This document shows positions 37,875 to 50,768 of a DNA stretch of 64,000 nucleotides, one piece after another. The first letter of the stretch is position 1. Each line of letters opens with the position of its first letter. The stretch lies in the NCBI GenBank assembly GCA_951406725.2, contig OX597815.1:7068001-7132000 (forward strand). The letters run 5' to 3'. The stretch comes from Octopus vulgaris (Eukaryota). A model generated the notes under the pieces. The model was not told the DNA's origin, did no database searches, and saw only the letters and a list, made by a program, of their open reading frames with translations. The position numbers and the translations under genes are program-made.

Positions 37875-38320
37875 AGGCCAGCGCCGCCCCGACTGGCTTC
37901 TGTGGCGGTGGCACATAAAAAGCACCATCTGAACGTGGCACATAAAAAGCACCATCCGGACGTGGCCGATGCCAGCGCCGCCCCGACTGGCTTCCTTGCC
38001 TGTGGCACATAAAAAGCACCATCGGAACGTGGCTGATGCCAGCGCCGCCCCGACTGGCTTCCTTGCCTGTGGCACATAAAAAGCACCATCCGAACGTGGC
38101 CGATGCCGGACCCCCCCCCCCTGGCACCTGTGCAGGTGGCACGTAAAAAGCACCCACTACACTCACGGAGTGCTTGGCGTTAGGAAGGTCATCCAGCCGT
38201 AGAAACTCTGCCAGATCAGACTGGAGCCTGGAGCAGCCCCTGGTTTCCCAGACCCCAGTCGAACCGTCCAACCCATGCTAGCGCGGAAAACGGACGTTAA
38301 ACGATGATGATGATGATGAT
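37875..38320 (+). mobile_element. RTE 3'UTR with an expanded module array
   Basis: Repeated GTGGCACATAAAAAGCACCATC modules; (GAT)n tail. Confidence 0.75.
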
Positions 38321-38453
38321 GTGCCAAAATTTGAAATTGATCTAATTAATTCTGTCAGTAATGAACATACTCTCATTAGCTCCAATTATTTTGCTTGTTT
38401 TAGTTTGTGATGATGTTTAATTGGAACATTTGTTATTTTTCAATTTCTTTCAG

Positions 38454-38608
38454 TGGTCACTAGGAGTTCTCGGTCACATAAGTACAAAATATGCTGACCA
38501 GCGCAATTTACCAAGATCCAGCAGTCTCAATGAAGTACTACAGCTGTGGATGACATGTCCACCCACGAAAACCCTGACCGAAGTGGCAACCGAGTGTTTT
38601 GCAGCCAT
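38454..38608 (+). CDS. INTS5: INTS5 exon 4
   Basis: WSLGVLGHISTKY...SLNEVLQLWMTCPPTKTL; tttcag / gtaggt; phase 0 to 2. Confidence 0.92.
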
Positions 38609-39274
38609 GTAGGTGTTCTTTCTCCTTCTTCTCTACTTTCTTTTGCTACTACCACCATCTCTAAGACACCACTCGGCTGTGGTCAGATCACTGACCACTT
38701 GGCCAGAGGTTTATATTTTAGTTTTCTCCTGGAAAAGAATTAATCCAGTTTTGACTGATTTAACTAAAAACAGTTCTGTTCTCTATTTTACAGTTTAGTT
38801 GTTTAGGATAAAATAAATTTGTGGCTGCAGATCCCTGGTTCCAGTTGTGAACCATTCAACTCAACAAGTTAATGCCAGGGTTTCTAAGTGACCAACAGTA
38901 GAACCTCTTGCCGATAAATCAATCTGTTAAAAATAGATGCTAAATCTCCCCAAAATTACATCCTACACTCTTCTAAAAGTAGGAGAAATGCATTAAATAA
39001 TTTAGTCCTAGACACAACACAATACTTGAATAATAAAAAAATAAAAAAACAAAGCAGGATGGTCACTGCTGGAACAATTTTTGCTCATTCCACTCACATA
39101 AGAGTAGGTGAGGTTTTGAATAAAAAAATTGCTGTCGTTGTCAAATTGTTTCTTGAATATTTTGCATCTTCTGCTGAACTCTAATACCACATGAAGGTCA
39201 GGGAGGTCACAGATGAATTGATTCGTGGCTGGTAGTGGTTTGAAGGTCAAGTGGATAAGGTATTGGAGAATCTC

Positions 39275-39615
39275 ATCATCATCATCGTTTAACGTCCGTT
39301 TTCCATGCTAGCATGGGTTGGACAGTCCGACCGGGGTCTGGGAAGTCAGGAGGCTGCACCAGGCTCCAATCTGATCTGGCAGTGTTTCTACACTGGATGC
39401 CCTTCCTAATGCCAACCACTCCGCGAGTGTAGTGGGTGCTTTTTACATGCCACCAGCACAGGTGCCAGGCGAGGCTGGAAACAGCCACGATCACTTGGTG
39501 CTTTTTATGTGCCACTGGCACAGAAGCCAGTCAAGGTAGCACTGGCATCGGCCACATTGGGATGGTGCTTTTTACATGCCACCGGCACAGGGATCACAAC
39601 TACAGTTTCCATTGA
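39275..39615 (-). mobile_element. RTE 3'UTR fragment
   Basis: Same family. Confidence 0.72.
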
Positions 39616-41085
39616 TTACTACAATTTCTGCCTGTTAGTCATAATTTCAGATCCTCTATATGTACTTAATTGTGTCTTTGGGTACAACACATTGTGTCAA
39701 GTTTACCTGGTTGTGAGGCATAGGTACAAGAACATCTAACAGCTGTATATGTTGCAAGAGACTCGTGCTCCAGACAGGGTTAGACATATCACTTGTCTGC
39801 CTCTCACCATAAGCTAGACTGCAGGTTTGTGAGTTCAAGTCACAGTAACATCACGGGCCCTTACAATATGTTGTGATTTATGAGTTTTTGTCTCAGTGGT
39901 ACTTGGTACGGAATGAGGACATACGACTCTAAGGCAAAATATTTTGCTCAGCATCCTCCAGTTGATCTAGCAGAAAAGTAGCTTGTTTTGGGAAAGTTAG
40001 CTGTGAAACACCTACATTCTATCCAGGAGAGACCATTTCACATCTGCTTAATATTTTCCTTTCTGTTATAAGCACAAGTCCTGAGATTTTAGTGGAGGTG
40101 CATAGTTAATTAAATTGGCAACTTTGGCAGAATTTGAACTCAGAACATAAAGATGGAAGAAATACTGTTAGGCATTTTGTCTGCTGCTGTAAGGACTCAT
40201 CCAGTTCACCACCTTAGATCTGCTTAATATTATAAAAACCAAGTAATGCAGCAAGCTTTCAAAATCATTACCATGCCGGGCAAAATTCTTAACAGCATTT
40301 CATCCATCTACGTTCTGAGTTTGAATACCTGTTTCTTTTACTACCCACAAGGGGCTAAACAGAGAGTACAAACTAGGACAGACAAACGGATTAAGTCAAT
40401 TATATCGACCCCAGTGCGTAACTGGTACTTTATTTATTGACCCCCGAAAGGATAAAAGGCAAAGTTGACCTCGGCGGAATTTGAACTCAGAACCATGAGG
40501 ACAGACGAAATACCTATTTCTTTACTACCCACAAGGGGCTAAACACAGAGAGGACAAACAAGGACAGACAAATGGGTTAAGTCGATTATATCGACCCCAG
40601 TGCGTAACTGGTACTTATTTAATCGACCCCGAAAGGATGAAAGGCAAAGTCGACCTCGGCGGAATTTGAACTCAGAATGTAAGAGCAGACGAAATACTGT
40701 GAAGCATTTCGCCTGGCGTGCTAACGTTTCTGCCAGCTCGCCGCCTGAGTTCAAATATCACCAAGGTGACATCACCTTTCATGTTTTTGGGGTTGATAAA
40801 ATAAGTACCAGTAGAGCATTGGGGTCAATGTTAAATGACTTACCCCGTCCTGAAACTGCTGGCCTTGTGCTGGAATTTGAAACCAATCTTATGAAAACCA
40901 AGTACCATCTTCTGGGCTGTTGGTCATCATGTATGTTTGTGAAAGTCCCTTTAATCTCAGTAAAGTTCACACACAGTTGACCATCCCCTTCTCCAGTGTG
41001 TGGGTGGTGAGGCTTGGTTATATGGGGTGCCATTGTCAGTAATTCCACTCGTTTGAAATGTAATTTCTCTCCTTTTATATTCTAG

Positions 41086-41178
41086 GGTGAGCAGCGCCCC
41101 CGACGTCTGTGTCGATGCACTACTAGAAGCTTCAGTACAATACTCTCCACACTTTGACTGGTTTGTGGCTCACATTGG
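41086..41178 (+). CDS. INTS5: INTS5 exon 5
   Basis: [28 protein letters not shown], a highly conserved INTS5 block; tctag / gtaagt. Confidence 0.95.
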
Positions 41179-41404
41179 GTAAGTCTACCTTAGTTTCTAC
41201 TCAGATTGCATTCAATCTGGCCCTTAATGTCTCCTGTTGCCCCCTCTCTCTATCTCTCTTTGCATCACCATCATCATTTTAACATCATTTCTTTTCCTAT
41301 GCTGGCATGGATTCTTGAGGCATCATTCTATTGCAGGATGTCCTTCCTGACACCAACTTTAGTTGTCTTTTAAGTCAGCTGTGAAACATAGCCACCAAAC
41401 CTTT

Positions 41405-41575
41405 TTCATTTTCTCTCCCTGTTTATTTCTGTGTTCCTCTCTGTCGAAGAGCATAGGCTCGAAACGTAAAAGACTTCCTCACTTCCCAAGCATTAAACTA
41501 ATACATCTGTTTGTTGTTTACACCACCTGTCTTTGTCTTTTGTTTTTTTGTAAATTCTCATTATATATAAATACA
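41405..41575 (+). mobile_element. Short Penelope-LTR-like element with hammerhead-like motif (CTGTCGA)
   Basis: CTGTCGAagagcataggctcGAAACGTAaaagac at 41441-41474; homologous to 60575-60750; followed by (TA)n. Confidence 0.5.
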
Positions 41576-41684
41576 TATATATATATATATATATAATTAT
41601 TATTTGAGGGAATAAAATCCAAAACTTACAAGGAAAAAAAAATTCAATTTACAAATACTAAATCAAATTTCACACAATATAATA

Positions 41685-41946
41685 TATATATAAAAAATTA
41701 GAAAAAAACCACCTTTTATCAATTCAAAAGAAACAATTAAATTACACCATCTAGAAAATTACATATAATAGAAATATTTAAATTAAAATAACAATAAAAT
41801 GTCAATAATTAAGTAAATTGCAAAAAAATAATAATAAAAACGTATATAATTATATACGTTTTTATTATTATTTATATGTAATTTTCTAGATGGTGTAATT
41901 TAATTGTTCATTTTGAATTGATAAAAGGTGGTTTTTTTCTAATTTT

Positions 41947-41950
<4 letters not shown>
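41685..41950. repeat. AT-rich long inverted repeat with a perfect central palindrome
   Basis: AAAAATTAGAAAAAAACCACCTTTTATC... / ...GATAAAAGGTGGTTTTTTTCTAATTTTT; centre AATAATAATAAAAACGTATATAATTATATACGTTTTTATTATTATT. Confidence 0.8.
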
Positions 41951-41989
<39 letters not shown>

Positions 41990-42454
41990 GTGAGTGGATA
42001 AATGAAAAAGAATGGTATTCAGTACTTTTGGTAGGAGTTACGTATGCTATTTAACACTTTAGCAATTTAAACCACCTACACCTGGCCAAAATATTCTACC
42101 TGTTTTATATTCGAACTGGCCACATCTACCTTCTCGCACCTACCCTACAATGCCGTTCTGAAAATAACCAGTCACATCATTGAAGTTTCAAAGCTACAAC
42201 ATAAATAAGCCTTACAGTTTACAGAGTGTTATGAATGCTAAAGGGTTGATAACAATTTGATTTAGTTCCATGCAACTGAAAGTTTCATAGGTCCATAAAA
42301 TGCACCAAGTTCTTCGGGCTTGAGTTCGTTCTGCGAGCCAACAACAAAAGGTTGCATGGAACTGAATCAAACCGTTTGTTGTGTGCCAATTCTAAAAACT
42401 CATAGTTGTAATTACTATAGCTTCTGAAAGATTTCAAATATGTTTTTTTTTTTT

Positions 42455-42890
42455 CATCATCATCATCATCGTTTAACATCCGGAAGCCAGGAGGCTGCAC
42501 CAGTCTCCAGTCTGATCTGGCAGAGTTTCTACAGCTGGATGCCCTTCCTAACGACAACCACTCCGTGAGTGTAGTGGGTGCTATTTTACGTGCCAGGGGA
42601 GGCTGGCAGCGGCCATGATCGGTTGGTGCTTTTTATGTGCCACCAGCACAGAAGCCAGTCAAGGCGGCACTGGCATCAGCCACGTTCGGATGGTGCTTTT
42701 TACGTGCCACTAGCATAGGGGGCAGATGAGACTGGCAAATGGCCACAATCGATTGGTGCTTTTTACGTGCCACCGGCACAGAAGTCAGTCAAAGCAGCGC
42801 TGGCATCAGCTACATTCAGATGGTGCTTTTTACGTGCACAGGTATCACAACTACAATTTCCATTTGATTTTTTATTTTGATGTTGATGTA
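42455..42890 (-). mobile_element. RTE 3'UTR with 5 modules
   Basis: TGGTGCTTTTTACGTGCC repeated with alternating linkers. Confidence 0.72.
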
Positions 42891-42916
42891 CTTTCTCTCT
42901 CATTATTTATTTACAG

Positions 42917-43121
42917 CTCTTGTTTCCCAATGACCATCATTAGTCGGGTGTTGATGTGTGGCCTGAAAGATTTCTGCACCCACCGCAGCAAACGGCCGTC
43001 GAGCGTACAAATGGTGCCGGACAAGAAGATTCCAAAACTGGCTTCAGTTGTTTGTATCCTTGGTCATCTTGCTTCGAAACACTGCCACAGTATACGGAAG
43101 TCTTTGATGAGTTTATTCCAG
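42917..43121 (+). CDS. INTS5: INTS5 exon 6
   Basis: [19 protein letters not shown]...[19 protein letters not shown]; tacag / gtaagt. Confidence 0.95.
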
Positions 43122-43217
43122 GTAAGTAATTGCAACGTGAGAAACAATGGCCAACTCAAGCTGTGAATGGATGAAACCTTATTGGTTTTGTATCGATGTC
43201 CCTTTTGTTGTTTGTCA

Positions 43218-43615
43218 GCATCATCATCATCATCATCGTTTAACCTCCGCTTTCCATGCTAGCATGGGTTGGACGGTTCAACTGGGGTCTGGGAAGCCAT
43301 GCAGGCTGCACCAGGCCCCAGTCTGATCTGGCAGTGTTTTCTACAGCTGGATGCCCTTCTTAACGCCAACCACTCCGAGAGTGTAGTGGGTGCTTTTTAT
43401 GTGCCAGATGAGGCTGGCAAACAGCCACGATTGGATGGTGCTTTTTACGTACCACCGGCACGGAGACCAGACGAAGCTGGCAATGGCCACGGTCGGACGG
43501 TGCTTTTTACGTGCCACCGGCACAGAAGCCAGTCAGGGTGGTGCTGGCTACGGCCACGTTTGGATGGTTCCCTTACGCACCACCGGCACTGGTATCACAG
43601 CTACAAATTCCACTG
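43218..43615 (-). mobile_element. RTE 3'UTR fragment
   Basis: Same family. Confidence 0.72.
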
Positions 43616-44212
43616 ATGTAGCATGTATTGTATTTTTTGAGGTGGGGGCCAGTATGGTGCAGATTTGACCTTTGACCTTCTAAGCCAGTCTACTACTACT
43701 TACCCTCAGCCCCTTCTTCTGAAACTGGGTTCTGGGGACATGAATGTCTCCAGACGTCATGGGAAAATATTTTCAGTGAGATTCAGGATTTGATATTTCT
43801 CTGGAGGCATTTCTAAATGAGGGAACCTCTATGCTAGAAATAAGAGCCAATTCTCTCAAATTATACCCTACTGTCTTAAATAAAAAAAAGGTGATATTGG
43901 ACAACGTAATGTTTTTACAATGTGTTTGTCTAAAGATTAAGGGATGATCACAGCTGTAATTCCTTTGATATATATGCACACCTATGTATATATGTGTGTG
44001 TGTGTGTGTTTTCCTTGTTTTGATGTTGTTTGTTTATTGCATGAAAATAAGATTACAATAATTCATACAGTGATATCATCATTTTACTATCTGCTGCAAA
44101 AACATGCCCAGCCATTGAGCCGTTCATTGTTAGAAGGACAAAAGGAAATATAACCTAGCTTGGAAATAGGTAAGGGTTGGCAACTGGAAGAGCATCTGAT
44201 CATAGGAAATTT

Positions 44213-45025
44213 GGATCTTTTCGGTTTGAACGGCAGTTTTTAACATAATTTCTAGGTAACTAAAAAATTTTAAACTTCGTATACTGGTAGAATGTGTTTA
44301 TAAAACATCTTTTTCTCTTGGCTTTATTGAGAAAATTCTATAGGTTGTAAGATATTTCGTCTTTAATTTCTTGCATTTCGGCAATTTTAACCAATCAATG
44401 ACGTCTATTGAGGTGAAAACATTCTGTGCCATATGAATATGTCCCTCGTTTAAGAAACAGATTGGGTTTATTTACATTTGTGAAGAAAAAAAGATACCCT
44501 TCCCCCACCCTAACCCTAACCCTAACCCTAACCCTAAAGAGATTGAAATGCAATAGATCGATACTAGGGTCATAATTATGGGTGACAATTTCATGTGACA
44601 CTGCTAGAGAAAATGGCAGTTTTTTCTAGCGGTGTCACATGAAATTGTCACCCATAATTATGACCCTAGAATCGATCTATTGCATTTCAATCTGTTTTAG
44701 ATTTAGGGTTAGTTAAGGTTAGTTAGGGTTAGGGGTAAGGTATCTTTTTTTCTTCACAAATGTAAATAAACCCAATCTGTTTCTTAAACGAGGGACATAT
44801 TCACACGGCACAGAATGTTGTTTACCACAATGGACATATTTGATTGGTTAAAGTTGCCGAAATGCAAGAAATTAAAGACGAAATATGTTCCAAACTATAG
44901 AATTTTCTCAATAAAGCCAAGAGAAAATGATGTTTTATAAACACATTCTACCAGTATACGAAGTTTAAAATTTTTTAGTTACCTAGAAATTATGTTAAAA
45001 ACTGCCATTCAAACCGAAAAGACCC
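44213..45025. mobile_element. Foldback element with about 400-bp inverted arms, in INTS5 intron 6
   Basis: GGATCTTTTCGGTTTGAA...TTCAAACCGAAAAGACCC; arms meet near 44615; 8-bp flanks ggaaattt/agaaattt; internal (CCCTAA)n/(TTAGGG)n. Confidence 0.8.
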
Positions 45026-45069
45026 AGAAATTTTTCTCAATAAGTTTGTCCAACCCATGTTAACTTGAC

Positions 45070-45131
<62 letters not shown>

Positions 45132-45247
45132 CTTAATGAGATCTAGTTCTTACTCATGTGTTTCATGTATGTTTTCAATATATCTACAGAACTGTTGGTA
45201 AGGTATAATAGTTTCTGTGACGTATATATATTTCTATCTTTCTCCAG

Positions 45248-45365
45248 GATAGCTTCCAGCCTGGTGCTAACATGTTGACACGACCAACGTTACCATTTCT
45301 CCTACAGCTGGCCTCTATGTCTCCAATGCTTCTTCATATTCTCACCACAGACCTGGTGAAGACAT
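45248..45365 (+). CDS. INTS5: INTS5 exon 7
   Basis: ...TLPFLLQLASMSPMLL...; ctccag / gtaagt; phase 0 to 1. Confidence 0.92.
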
Positions 45366-45472
45366 GTAAGTCTTGATGGTTTTCTTCCCATTTACTGATC
45401 AATCGGAGAATCATGTGACTACACCTGGCCTTCTCTTCTACCCACTTTACTCTCTTTCATATCATCTCACTA

Positions 45473-45544
<72 letters not shown>

Positions 45545-45720
45545 GTATGTATGTGTATATTTAGGGCTAAAAACCACTAGGTGGATAGCCATATGCTAGA
45601 AGAAGGTCACATACGCTCTAATTACAAAGAAAGAATGTTCTCCAGAGAAAATTCAGTGGACACCAGAACCAGAACATAGGCAGGCAAGACAGATGAAAAT
45701 TATATAAAAATCAAGAATTA

Positions 45721-45795
45721 ATCGTATACTGGTTTTGTCTATTACCGAATAAATTACTTACGTAATCCTTCGTCCGTAGAATTCATCAGTACGAT
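45721..45795 (-). ncRNA. Degenerate hammerhead ribozyme
   Basis: atcgta-CTGATGA...tagac-AAAA-cca-GTA-tacgat; perfect 6-bp stem I, GAAA changed to AAAA. Confidence 0.55.
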
Positions 45796-46723
45796 CGTTC
45801 CAAAAACAATATAATTTGCAAAACTAAACACTAGTTTTCTGTATAAAACCGGACATGTATATGTGTATGTATGTATGTACAATTATATGTATTGTTACAT
45901 ATATATGTTTGCATGTATGCATCTATGCACTGTGTATGTAAATGTGTGAGCAATTTTATGTATGTGTGTAGATATATGAAAGAGAATGTGTGAATTGTAT
46001 GTATGTAGGTATAAGAGAGTATCTATGTTTTCGTGCGTGTGTATATTTGTATGCATGTATATGTGTTTTTGTTTGTTCCTTCTTGAGCCATGCTTGGCTC
46101 ATAAGGGCCAGTTTCCCCAGTTTTATTGGCGTATAGGTTCCCCACCTGGATGGGACGCCGGTCCATCGCAGGTGAGCTGCAAGATGCAGGAAGAAAGAGT
46201 GAGAGAAAGTTGTGGCGAAAGAGTCAGCAGAAGTTTCGCCATTACCTTCTGCCGGAGCCATGTGGAGCTTAGGTGTTTCTCTCATAAACACACGCATCGC
46301 CCGGTCTGTGATTCGAACCCGCGATCTCTCGACCGTGAGTCTGCTGCTCTAACCTATTTCTTTATTACCCACAAGGGGCTAAACACAGAGGGGACAAACA
46401 AGGACAGACATAGGTATTAAGTCGATTACATCGACCCCAGTGCGTAACTGGTACTTAATTTATCGACCCCCGAAAGGATGAAAGGCAAAGTCGACCTCGG
46501 CGGAATTTGAACTCACAACGTAACGGCAGACGAAATACCGCTAAGCATTTCGCCCGGCGTGCTAACGTTTCTGCCAGCTCGACGCTGCTCTAACCACTAG
46601 GCCATGTGCCTCCACTATGTATACGTGTATGCACATGCATCTAAATGTTCCTCCATCCACCTGATTCTCTCTCCTCCCATGTTAAACAGTTCTTACTGGT
46701 GTGTCTCTTCTCTTCTCTCGCAG

Positions 46724-46799
46724 TGTCTCCAACAGTCCTCAACAACCTTCATTCACAGTTTATTCCATGGAAATCTGCCAACAAGTCTGAATTCGACAA
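46724..46799 (+). CDS. INTS5: INTS5 exon 8
   Basis: LSPTVLNNLHSQFIPWKSANKSEFD; cgcag / gtaagt; phase 1 to 2. Confidence 0.85.
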
Positions 46800-48449
46800 G
46801 TAAGTCTCTGTCACTTTGTCTGTCTCTATCCTCATTACTCTCTCTCTTTTTACTCTTTTACTTGTTTCAGTCATTTGACTGTGGCCATGCTGGAGCACCG
46901 CCTTTAGTCGACCAAATCGACCCCGGGACTTATGCTTTGTAAGCCTAGTACTTATTCTATCGGTCTCTTTTGCCGAACCACTAAGTTACCAGGACGTAAA
47001 CACACCAGCATCAGTTGTCAAGCGATGTTGGTGGGGACAAACACAGACACACAAACATATACACACACATACATATATATATATATACATATATATGACG
47101 GGATTCTTTCAGTTTCCATCTACCAAATCCACTCACAAGGCGTTGGTCGGCCTGAGGCTATAGCAGAAGACACTTGCCCAAGGTGTCACGCAGTGGGACT
47201 GAACCCGGAACCATGTGGTTGGTAAGCAAGCTACTTACCACACAGCCACTCCTAATTTTACCATTGTCAATATCTTCATCATTTATATTGTCAAGCTCAG
47301 TACTAATGTACTTAGTATAATGGTTATCTTTTCTCTGTGTCAGTTATTAGGCTGTGGCCATGCTGGGGCACTGCCTTGAAACATTTTTATTTGAAAGAAT
47401 CGACCCCAGGATTTAATTTATATTTCTAACTCTGGTACTTATTCTATTGGTCCCTTTTGCCAAACTGCTAAGTTACAGGGATGTAAACACACCAACACTG
47501 GTTGTCAAGCAGTGGTGGGGGACAAACACAGACACAAAGACACACACGCATAGCTATATGTGTCTATATACATACATAAATACATATATATATATATATA
47601 TATATACATACGTAAATACATATATATATATATATATACACACACACATACATACATACATACATACATGACGTTAAATGATGATGATGATGATGATGAT
47701 GATGTGTATATATATGTATACATACACACACACATGCACAATGGGCTTTGGTCAGTCTGAGATTATAGTAGAAGACACTTGCCCAAGGTGCCACACAGTG
47801 GAACTGAACCCAGAACCATGTGGTTGGGAAGCAAACGTCTTACTACACAGCCCTGCCTCCACCTATGAAAAGTATCAAAAATTAAAATATTTGTAATTAA
47901 AATTACACCTATGGTGATGAGAAAGAATCATTAGTTTAATTATAAATTCTGGTCAAATAATGCAGGGGAGACAATCTTGAAATTAAAAATCTTGAAATTA
48001 AAAAAGTACTGTATTTTAATATGTATAACGAACCCTTTTTTGTCAAAAATTAGGTTAAAAAAATATGGGAGTTTCTTATACATGACTAGTATTATAATCC
48101 CTTACAAAACCTTTTTTTCAAATTTTAAACCCCCAAAATTAGGGGATTCCTTATACTCGTTAACATACAGTAATTCAGATTCCATTGTGATGAGAATGGG
48201 AGTTGTATGTGTTAAACATCTCCGATTGACAAGGGAGTGTTAATCACTGAATAAATAAAGTATTACACTGCAAACCTAGTGCTCACGAGTTCACATCCAT
48301 TGTGGACAGTACGTAATTGCAGATGTTACATTTTCTCTAGCTGTGGGAAGAGGATTTGTTAAATCTGTAAATATTGCTTGTAGATTTTTGTTCTATTCTT
48401 TGATCATGTCAGCTCTTTCTCTGCCTTTTTCCATTCACTACCATTCATC

Positions 48450-49680
48450 ATCATTTGATCATCATCGGTTAACGTTCGCTTTTCATGCTAGCATGGGTTG
48501 GACGATTTGACTGAGGACTGGCGAACCAGACTCCAATCTGATTTGGCAGTGTTTCTACAGCTTGATGCCCTTCCTAACGGTAACCACTCCATGAGGAGTG
48601 TAGTGGGTTCTTTTTACGTGCCACCAGCATAGGGGCCAGAGGGGGTTGGTAACGATCACGATCGGTTGGTGCTTTTTGCGTGTCACTGGCACAGGAGTCA
48701 GTCAAGGTGGCCTGGCATTGGCCACGTTCCGATAGTGCTTTTTATGTGCCACCGACACGGGTATCACAACTACAATTTCCATTTAATTTTGATTTATTTG
48801 ACTCAATAGGCCTCCTCAAGCACAGTATGTCACCCTACGATCCAAGGTACTTTTGAGTGGGCTGGTTATGTGACACTGGTTTAGGGGTTACAGCTGTTAA
48901 CTCACTTTATTTGCCAGGTCTTCTCAATAACAGCATATCTTCAGAGGTCTCGGTCTTTTGTCATTGCCTCTGTGAGGCCCAACGTTCGAAGGTCATGCTT
49001 CACCACATCATCGTCATCATCATTCCATGCTGGCATGGGTTGAATGGTTTGACACGGAACTCTCCAGACTCCAATTGTCTGTTGTGGCATGGTTTCTATG
49101 ACTGAATGCTCTTCATAATGCTATCCACTTAACGGAGTGTGTCGGGTGCTTTTTATGTGGCACCAGCACAGGTGCATTTACGCAGCACCAGTACAGATGC
49201 TTTTTATGTGGCACCGGCACCTGAAAGAACAAGCCAGTATGTGTTTAAGACAGCGATTTTACTTAGCTTGACATAATTTATCAAGTACAGCAAATTTCCA
49301 CATCTGGTCCCTTGTCATTTCCTCAGTGAGGCCCAGCATCTGAAGATCCTTTCTCACCACTTCGTTCCATGTCTTCCTGAGTCTACCCCTTCCACAGGTA
49401 CCCTCCACAATTAGAGCTATGTATATATATGAATATATATATACATATATATCTATCACCTGGTTGATATCAGTGCCACCTGACTGGCCCCCGTGCCAGT
49501 GACATGTAAAAAGCACCCACTACCCTCTTGGAGTGGTTAGCTTTAGGAAGAACATCCAGCTGCAGAAACCTTGCCAGATCAGATTAGAGCCTGGTGCAGC
49601 CTCCTGGCTCTCCAGACCTCAGTCAAACCATCCAATTCATGCCAGCATGGAAAGCAGATGTTAAATGATGATGCTGGTGA
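48450..49680. mobile_element. RTE fragments, including the ORF C-terminus on the minus strand
   Basis: [34 protein letters not shown] at 49259-49410 (-); + strand tail at 49470-49680. Confidence 0.72.
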
Positions 49681-49767
49681 TGATGGTGTCCTATAGATTT
49701 TCCGTATGTATAGTATATCTACCATTTGAACTGTTTATATTAACCGTATGCCGTTTGCTGTTTTCAG

Positions 49768-49874
49768 TTTCCTCCAGCTTGTGATCCACTTGATCATGAA
49801 AAGTGATGTTGGTGCTTATCAAGTCATAGAATTCCTTCTCAACTCAGCCTCTCCACTCTCCCCCAAGCATCAAG
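49768..49874 (+). CDS. INTS5: INTS5 exon 9
   Basis: FLQLVIHLIMKSDVGAYQVIEFLLNSASP (compare AVHLV...GAYRLLQFL); ttttcag / gtaatg. Confidence 0.88.
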
Positions 49875-50768
49875 GTAATGTCTTCTTCGTTTCTACTTTC
49901 TACAAGACCAAGGGATAAACTTGGCCTAACACTGCTGATGTCTCAACAACTCAGCAATTGTTCTTAATCTGCCGTCCAAAAATACTTTGTCAGGATATTA
50001 ATATATATATGTGTGGATATGCACATGTTGTTGGAGCAAATGTTTCAATCTTGATTTTGTGAAGTGTGAGTGAGACTGCAATGTATTGAGTTATGCTCAT
50101 CATCATCATCATCGTTTAACGTCCACTTTTCATGCTAGCATGGGTTGGACGATTTTGACTGAGGACTGGTGAACCAGATGGCTGCACCAGGCTCCAGTCT
50201 GATCTGGAACAGTTTCTACACAACATGACCAATGAGAAAGCAGAAAAGCCATTGCTCTCATCAGGAGGAACTATCAACCCTTTCAACCTAATCTTCTTAA
50301 TCTTCTATATTTGGGATGTGGGTTTTTTTGTAATTTGCTTGGTTAATCCTTCGTCAACTGGAATCATAATGGATGAGCTATACATTCCTTTGCATTTGTA
50401 CAATTTGGAGCCTCATTAAATCCAGGACCAAGATTCCCAATGGCTGCTACCCCTTGATGTTTTGAATGGCCTTCAGCGTTGGTTGGATGCAGAAAATGAG
50501 CAATGAGTAATTCAATAGGACCTCCTCTAGTTGATCAGGGCTACAGGTTGCTGGACTCTGAGACAGCTAGGCAAGTCATCATCTGGGCACTAACCTAAGA
50601 AAAGGGCTGTATGTGTCCTGCCAAAGCACAATCAAGACTCTGATATAGAACAATGGTGCTGCAGCTGTTGTTGAACTCAACACATGGGAGATGGAATGCC
50701 CAGTGCCAATGCAAGTTGTCAAAAACTGGTGGTGATACTCAATTAAAATTTTGTCTGTTTGTTTACAG

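Noticed and set aside
42570-42840. CRISPR-like pattern: conserved repeats of about 26 bp separated by 30-40-bp spacers
   Set aside because: The spacers are two recurring types shared by many dispersed copies; the context is a eukaryotic RTE 3'UTR with no cas genes
44505-44740. (CCCTAA)n/(TTAGGG)n as a telomere or chromosome fusion site
   Set aside because: Only a few units, placed symmetrically inside the arms of a transposon-like foldback
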